Part shown: positions 58,738 through 64,000 of the stretch, piece after piece
Layout: each line of letters begins with the position of its first letter
Numbering within the stretch: the first letter of the stretch is position 1
Assembly: GCA_963666485.2 (NCBI GenBank)
Contig: CAXXUO010000001.1
Coordinates: 448,001 to 512,000, forward strand
DNA length: 64,000 bases
Origin: Syntrophorhabdaceae bacterium
Lineage (GTDB): Bacteria; Desulfobacterota; Syntrophorhabdia; Syntrophorhabdales; Syntrophorhabdaceae
Reading direction: 5' to 3'
The notes under the pieces: model-generated
Told to the model about the DNA's origin: nothing
What the model saw: the letters and a program-made list of their open reading frames with translations, nothing else
Databases searched by the model: none
Position numbers and translations under genes: made by a program

Positions 58738-59780
58738 TCAAAAACCTCGGCACTATCTTTTTTCGCGGTCCCCTCGAGAGCAAGGTCCTGCTTCAACGAG
58801 TGAATGCTGCTTGAAATTGCGGTCTTGAGCTCCCGGATCCCCGCCCGGGTACGCGCGCTCACGACGACGGCCTTCTCTCCCGAACCCTCAAGGTCTGCCT
58901 TCCGCCGGGCGGCCTCGTCCGCCGGCACCAGGTCCGCTTTGTTGAGGACAATGATCCGCGGTTTTGCCAGCATCGCGTCCTTATAGGTCCCGAGCTCGTC
59001 AAGCAGTGTCGCGTAATCCCCTGCGACGTCGCCCGAAGAAAGATCGAGCACGATGAGGAGCGCACCCGTTCTTTCGATATGCTTCAAAAATGCGAGGCCA
59101 AGTCCCTTCCCCTGAGATGCCCCTTCGATGATGCCGGGGATATCGGCGATCACGAACTTCTTTTCGTCGTCATCGTCGAGCACGCCGAGGCTGGGCTTGA
59201 GCGTCGTGAAAGGATAATCGCCAACCTTGGGCCTTGCCTGCGTGAGGCGGGAGATGAGCGTCGATTTCCCGGCATTCGGGTGGCCGACAAGCCCGATGTC
59301 CGCGAGAAGCTTGAGGTCAAGATAGAGCCAGCGTTTTTCGCCCTCTTCCCCGGGGTCGAACTCGAGGGGCGCCTTGTGCGTCGGCGTGACGAACCGGGCA
59401 TTGCCGCGGCCGCCGCGGCCGCCTCTCGCTGCAACACGGACCTCGCCGTCCTTTAAGACCTGGAATAGAACAACTGATGCGTCACGGTCAGTCACGACCG
59501 TGCCGAGGGGCACGTTTATTGTGATGTCGCTGCCTTCCCTGCCGGTCTTGTTCCTGCCCGACCCGGCCTTTCCATTTTCGGCTTTGTACGTGCGCTTGTA
59601 TCTGAAATCGTGGAGGCTTGCGAGGTCCTTATTGCCTGCTATGATAACGTCTCCTCCCTTCCCGCCATCACCGCCGTCAGGCCCGCCTCGCGGAATGAAC
59701 TTTTCTCGTCGGAAACTTACACAGCCGCTCCCACCCCGTCCCGCTTCAACGTATATGGTCGCTTCATCAATGAATTTCAT
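58734..59780 (-). CDS. obgE: GTPase ObgE/CgtA
   Basis: MKFIDEA..GGPDGGDGG, PNAGKST, YPFTT, ADIPG, NKAD. Confidence 0.97.
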   Translation of the reverse strand: MKFIDEATIYVEAGRGGSGCVSFRREKFIPRGGPDGGDGGKGGDVIIAGNKDLASLHDFRYKRTYKAENGKAGSGRNKTGREGSDITINVPLGTVVTDRDASVVLFQVLKDGEVRVAARGGRGGRGNARFVTPTHKAPLEFDPGEEGEKRWLYLDLKLLADIGLVGHPNAGKSTLISRLTQARPKVGDYPFTTLKPSLGVLDDDDEKKFVIADIPGIIEGASQGKGLGLAFLKHIERTGALLIVLDLSSGDVAGDYATLLDELGTYKDAMLAKPRIIVLNKADLVPADEAARRKADLEGSGEKAVVVSARTRAGIRELKTAISSSIHSLKQDLALEGTAKKDSAEVFE

Positions 59781-60031
59781 CAAGCGGGAAGAACATGCGC
59801 CCTTCTCTTGTCACCTGACACGTCGAATTTCACGATACCGTCGATCAAGGCAAAGAGGGTGTCGTCTTTGCCGATGCCAACATTCTGCCCCGGATGGATC
59901 TTTGTGCCATGCTGCCGTACGATGATGCTTCCGGCCTTGATGGACTGCCCGCCGTATATCTTCACGCCGAGCCTCTGGCCCTGCGAGTCCCTGCCGTTCC
60001 GTGAGCTTCCGCCTGCCTTCTTGTGCGCCAT
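59780..60031 (-). CDS. rpmA: 50S ribosomal protein L27
   Basis: [16 protein letters not shown]. Confidence 0.99.
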   Translation of the reverse strand: MAHKKAGGSSRNGRDSQGQRLGVKIYGGQSIKAGSIIVRQHGTKIHPGQNVGIGKDDTLFALIDGIVKFDVSGDKRRAHVLPA

Positions 60032-60032
60032 T

Positions 60033-60350
60033 TTATGCCTCCACTACGATCTTTTCTACAAGCAGTTCCGTAAAAGGCTGCCGGTGACCTTTTTTCACCT
60101 TGTAGTCTTTCCGTCTCTTGTACTTGAAGACCGTGATCTTCTTGTCTCTTCCCTGGGCAACGACCTTTCCGTTGATGTATGCACCTGAAACGTAGGGACT
60201 TCCGATAAGCGTTGCCTCTCCCGTGTTGACGGCAAGAACGTTCTCGAGTTTCACCTCGTCGCCTTCCGCGCCGGCAAATTTCTCGAGCCTGACCTTCTTC
60301 CCTTCTTCGATCTTGTACTGCTTGCCGCCGTTCTCGATGATCGCGTACAT
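60033..60350 (-). CDS. rplU: 50S ribosomal protein L21
   Basis: [24 protein letters not shown]. Confidence 0.99.
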   Translation of the reverse strand: MYAIIENGGKQYKIEEGKKVRLEKFAGAEGDEVKLENVLAVNTGEATLIGSPYVSGAYINGKVVAQGRDKKITVFKYKRRKDYKVKKGHRQPFTELLVEKIVVEA

Positions 60351-60497
60351 GTAATGCTCCTTAGACTTAGGTTCTGAAAAAAACTACATATATTATGATA
60401 AGGACGTCAGAAAAGTCAATAGAAACGAGCCAGATACGACGCTTTGGGCCCAAAAGTATGGACTTTTAAAAACCTATTCGTTATATTAGGTATTCAT

Positions 60498-60573
60498 CGG
60501 GGCGTAGCGCAGCATGGTTTAGCGCACCTGCTTGGGGTGCAGGAGGCCGCAGGTTCAAATCCCGTCGCCCCGA
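60498..60573 (+). tRNA. tRNA-Pro(GGG), CCA not encoded
   Basis: acceptor CGGGGCG/CGCCCCG, D arm GCGC/GCGC, anticodon arm CCTGC-TTGGGGT-GCAGG, TTCAAAT T-loop. Confidence 0.96.
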
Positions 60574-60600
60574 TATTTTATTTTCAAGACCGGGTAATTC

Positions 60601-61353
60601 TTGCTTATCCTTCTCACCAACGATGATGGAATCCACTCAAAAGGCATCCTGACCCTCGAAGAACACCTCGCGAAAAGGCATGACGTCTACGTGATCGCGC
60701 CCGAGCGCGAGCGCACCTGTGTCGCCCACGCGGTGACGCTGCACAAACCGCTTCGGGTCCGGGAGGTGTCGGAGCGCGTCTTTGCCTCGAACGGCACCCC
60801 TGCCGACTGCGTTCTCCTCGGCGTGAACACCGTTTTGCCGCGAAGGCCCGACTTCATCGTGTCGGGCATCAACACCGGGCCCAACATGGGGCAGGACGTG
60901 AATTATTCCGGGACCGTTGCAGCCGCCAAAGAGGGGGCCTTCCTCGCTATCCCGTCCATGGCCGTCTCGATATGCGCCCGGGAAGACTTCCTTTTCGATG
61001 ATGCGGTCGTGGTCGCCGGACACGTGATCGAGGCATTAAGCGAAGGTGAACTTCCGGAGGGGACCTTCGCTAATGTCAATATTCCCAACCTTCCGCGCGA
61101 TATGCTCAAGGGCTTCACCGTGACAAGGCTCGGCAAAAGGATATATAATGATATTGTCCACGAAAGGATCGACCCGCGAGGCGGAAAATATTACTGGATC
61201 GGCGGCAATGGTGATAAGTACGAACGCAGGCGCGGCACTGACTTCTACGCAGTTGAAAAAGGCTTCGTATCCATTACCCCCCTTGGTCTTGATATAACGA
61301 ACGTGCGTTCGATGAAGATCTACAAAGATCATTTCAAGAGGAGGTTGCCATGA
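60601..61353 (+). CDS. surE: 5'/3'-nucleotidase SurE
   Basis: ILLTNDDG, NGTPADCV, SGINTGPN.G.DVNYSGTVAAA.EG, SITPL. Confidence 0.96.
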   Translation: MLILLTNDDGIHSKGILTLEEHLAKRHDVYVIAPERERTCVAHAVTLHKPLRVREVSERVFASNGTPADCVLLGVNTVLPRRPDFIVSGINTGPNMGQDVNYSGTVAAAKEGAFLAIPSMAVSICAREDFLFDDAVVVAGHVIEALSEGELPEGTFANVNIPNLPRDMLKGFTVTRLGKRIYNDIVHERIDPRGGKYYWIGGNGDKYERRRGTDFYAVEKGFVSITPLGLDITNVRSMKIYKDHFKRRLP

Positions 61354-62447
61354 AGATAACGTTGTCCATTATCAAGGCGGATATCGGAAGCATCGGCGGT
61401 CATCTCTGTCCAAGCAAACCACTCGTTGATAAGGTCAAAGATTTTGTAGCATCGGAGAGCAAGGACCTCGTGAGCGATTTCTTTGTAAGCCACACCGGCG
61501 ATGACATCGCAATTCTTTTTGCCCATTACAATGGCGAGGGATATGGGAAGCTCCACAAGCTCGCCTGGGATGCCTTCCTTGCAGGCACGCAGGTCGCGAA
61601 GGGCCAGGGCCTCTACGGCGCGGGGCAGGACCTGCTGAAAGACTCTTTTTCCGGCAACGTCAAGGGTATGGGCCCGGCCGTCGCCGAAATGGAGTTCGAG
61701 GAACGCACGAACGAGCCGTTCGTGATGTTCGCCGCTGACAAGACCGACCCGGGCGCATACAACCTGCCCCTTTATCTCATGTTCTGCGACCCGATGTATA
61801 ATTCCGGCCTCATCCTGTCCCCGAACATGGCCAAGGGCTTCAAGTTCGTCATAATGGACGTCGCGAACACCGAGGGCGACAAGGTCATCGAGCTCGAGGC
61901 ACCCGAGGAACTGTACGATATCGCGGCGCTCCTTCGCGATAACGAGCGGTACGTCGTCGAGAAGGTCTATTCCCGTGAAACAGGTGACATCGCGGCCTCA
62001 TGCTGCACGTCCCGCCTTCACAATATCGCGGGGAAATACACCGGAAAAGACGACCCGGTCATGCTCGTACGCTGCCAGGGCTCCTTCCCGGCAACGGGCG
62101 AAGTGCTCGCACCCTTCAACATCGGCCACTACGTCGCCGGCTTCATGCGCGGAAGCCACAACGGGCCTCTCATGCCTGTCAAGATGAACTCCACCGTTTC
62201 GTTCTTCGATGGCCCTCCCGTCGTCTCCGCGACGGGATTCTGTGTGCACGAAGGCAAACTGACCGACCCCGCGGACTGCTTCGATCACCCCTACTGGGAC
62301 TACATCAGGGCAAACGTCTCCCGCAAGGCGACAGAAATTCGCCAGCAGGGCTTCTCCGGAGCCGCAATGCTTCCGTACAGCGAACTGGAATATGGGGGGA
62401 TAGTGAAGAAGATGGAGAAACTGGAGCCGAGGTTTAAGGTGAGATGA
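61350..62447 (+). CDS. fbp: bifunctional fructose-1,6-bisphosphate aldolase/phosphatase (class V)
   Basis: IKADIGSIGGH, GDD, GLYGAGQDLL, DKTDPGAYN, GKDDP, FMRGSH, ELEY. Confidence 0.95.
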   Translation: MKITLSIIKADIGSIGGHLCPSKPLVDKVKDFVASESKDLVSDFFVSHTGDDIAILFAHYNGEGYGKLHKLAWDAFLAGTQVAKGQGLYGAGQDLLKDSFSGNVKGMGPAVAEMEFEERTNEPFVMFAADKTDPGAYNLPLYLMFCDPMYNSGLILSPNMAKGFKFVIMDVANTEGDKVIELEAPEELYDIAALLRDNERYVVEKVYSRETGDIAASCCTSRLHNIAGKYTGKDDPVMLVRCQGSFPATGEVLAPFNIGHYVAGFMRGSHNGPLMPVKMNSTVSFFDGPPVVSATGFCVHEGKLTDPADCFDHPYWDYIRANVSRKATEIRQQGFSGAAMLPYSELEYGGIVKKMEKLEPRFKVR

Positions 62448-62452
62448 AAACC

Positions 62453-62487
62453 GTTCTGCGTTCTGCGTTCTGCGTTCTGCGTTAGAA
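62453..62487. repeat. (GTTCTGC)4 heptamer array
   Basis: CGTTCTGCGTTCTGCGTTCTGCGTTCTGCGTTAGAA just after the fbp stop. Confidence 0.9.
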
Positions 62488-62624
62488 CTGGTGCAAAATT
62501 TGTACTTTATTTAAGACCGTGTTAAGTTAAATGCCGAACTTGACATGGTCTTTTTTAATTATATGGGGTCTTTAAGGTAGAACATCATTTATGAAATTCC
62601 TGATTGAAAATCGCTGCCCTCTAG

Positions 62625-62741
62625 CCGTCATCCCGGCCCCCGAGCCGGGACCCAAGGTTTTTCTTTTAATCTTTTTAGGAGCCAAAGATAAAATAACAAA
62701 AAAACAAAACCTTGGGTCCCGGGTCAAGCCCGGGATGACGG
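62625..62741. repeat. REP-like doublet, copy C
   Basis: CCGTCATCCCGGCCCCCGAGCCGGGACCCAAGGTT....AACCTTGGGTCCCGGGTCAAGCCCGGGATGACGG. Confidence 0.9.
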
Positions 62742-62787
62742 TGTTGGCGAGATCAAGGCAGAGTCGGAATCCAGGGTCCGAAACGAT

Positions 62788-64000
62788 ATGAAATTCTTGA
62801 TCGAAAATTTTGGCTGCCAGATGAATGACCATGACATGGAGAAAATGGGGTCTGTCCTCGTCGATCATGGACATTTGCCTGCGGCGGGCGTTGACGATGC
62901 CGACATTGTCATTGTCAATACGTGCTGCATCCGGGAGAAGGCGGAACAGAAATTCTACAGCCTCATGGGGAGGCTCCAGCATGTCCGGAGAAAGACGGGC
63001 CTTATCCTCGGGGTGACCGGGTGCATTGCGGAGCAGGAGAAAGAGAACATCTTCGAGCGCCTTCCGTTCATAGATTTCTCTCTCGGCCCGTCGAATATCC
63101 ACAAGGTCGCCGAGGCGGTCGACAATGCGAAGGAAAGCTTAAGGACAGAGGGGTTCGGCGATGACGGCTGCTCCCCATCCCTTCTGATCAGGCCGCACAA
63201 CACGCGGCAGGGGATCAAGGGTTTCGTGACCATCATGAAGGGCTGCAACAACTTTTGCAGCTACTGCGTTGTGCCCTATGTCAGGGGGCGCGAGGAGTCG
63301 AGACCGAGTGCGGATGTACTGTCCGAGGTCCGCGAGATGGCCGACCGCGGCATTATCGAGGTGACCCTTCTCGGGCAGAACGTCAATTCGTACAATAATG
63401 GCAGCGACGACCTGCCGTTCCCCGCACTCCTCAAAGAGATCGACGATATACCCGGGATCTCGCGGGTCCGGTTTGTGACATCGCACCCCAAGGACATTTC
63501 CCGGGAGCTCATCGCGTGCTTCGGAACGCTCGGGACCCTGTGTGAATCGATCCACCTGCCGTTCCAGTCAGGCTCCGACCGGATACTCAAACTGATGAAC
63601 AGGGGGTACACCGCGGCCGAGTACCTCGAAAAGGTCGACGCCCTGAAAAAGCAGTGCCCCGAAATATCGCTTACCGCCGACTGCATCGTCGGGTTCCCGG
63701 GCGAGACGGATGAAGATTTTGAACAGACGATGAAACTCGTGGAGAGCGTGAGGTTCGACGGCATATTCTCCTTTATTTACTCTGCCCGGAAATTCACCGC
63801 CGCGGCGAAGCTGACGGGGGCCGTCCCTTCGTCGGCCGCACACGAGCGGCTCGCGCGTTTTCAAAAACGCCAGAGGGAAATAACGCTCGAATCGAACAGG
63901 AATGTGGAGGGAAAAACGGTGGAAGTCCTCGTCGAGGGCCCGAGCAAGAACTCACCCGATGAACTCTCAGGCAGGACGCGGACCGGCAAGATAGTCAATT
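62788..64000 (+). CDS. miaB: tRNA methylthiotransferase MiaB (runs off window end; absent from ORF track)
   Basis: MKFLIENFGCQMN.HD, NTCCIREKAEQK, GCNNFCSYCVVPYVRG, LLGQNVNSY, TSHP, HLPFQSGS, IVGFPGET, start of TRAM domain. Confidence 0.96.
   Translation, partial: MKFLIENFGCQMNDHDMEKMGSVLVDHGHLPAAGVDDADIVIVNTCCIREKAEQKFYSLMGRLQHVRRKTGLILGVTGCIAEQEKENIFERLPFIDFSLGPSNIHKVAEAVDNAKESLRTEGFGDDGCSPSLLIRPHNTRQGIKGFVTIMKGCNNFCSYCVVPYVRGREESRPSADVLSEVREMADRGIIEVTLLGQNVNSYNNGSDDLPFPALLKEIDDIPGISRVRFVTSHPKDISRELIACFGTLGTLCESIHLPFQSGSDRILKLMNRGYTAAEYLEKVDALKKQCPEISLTADCIVGFPGETDEDFEQTMKLVESVRFDGIFSFIYSARKFTAAAKLTGAVPSSAAHERLARFQKRQREITLESNRNVEGKTVEVLVEGPSKNSPDELSGRTRTGKIVN

Noticed and set aside
1..64000. 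Global UGA reassignment (genetic code 4 or 25) as the cause of the two readthrough ORFs
   Set aside because: Many intact genes end in TGA at their expected C-termini, several with ATGA/TGATG overlaps (rpmA-obgE, obgE-proB, proB-proA, surE-fbp), and Trp is encoded by TGG.

Overview
Mostly ordinary GC-rich chromosome of an anaerobic deltaproteobacterium (a Syntrophorhabdus-like lineage is my inference from gene content and repeat style). It carries housekeeping loci (lepA-hemW, dusB, glyQS-ppdK, rplU-rpmA-obgE-proB-proA-nadD-rsfS-dksA, tRNA-Pro, surE-fbp-miaB), three PAS histidine kinases, a CopA-type ATPase, envelope genes (YdbH/YdbL-like, AsmA-like, LapA-LapB fusion), an AmmeMemoRadiSam operon, a UbiA/UbiE cluster and an AT-rich Fic gene. 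The strongest signal, missed or split by the ORF track, is two unrelated exported proteins, a 75-aa lipoprotein (6260-6487) and a 287-aa Tat-signal protein (22244-23107). Each has one in-frame UGA followed by the same RNA layout (UGA-N4-[CCNUC/3-nt loop/GANGG]-[5-6 bp stem, GGNN loop]), so both are candidate new selenoproteins with a shared SECIS design. Also notable: export signals on both AmmeMemoRadiSam polypeptides, a candidate ~200-nt sRNA with anti-SD/anti-AUG modules (2449-2655), a REP-doublet insertion with a duplicated miaB start, and many heptamer and REP-like repeats. All calls come from reading the sequence; no searches were run.
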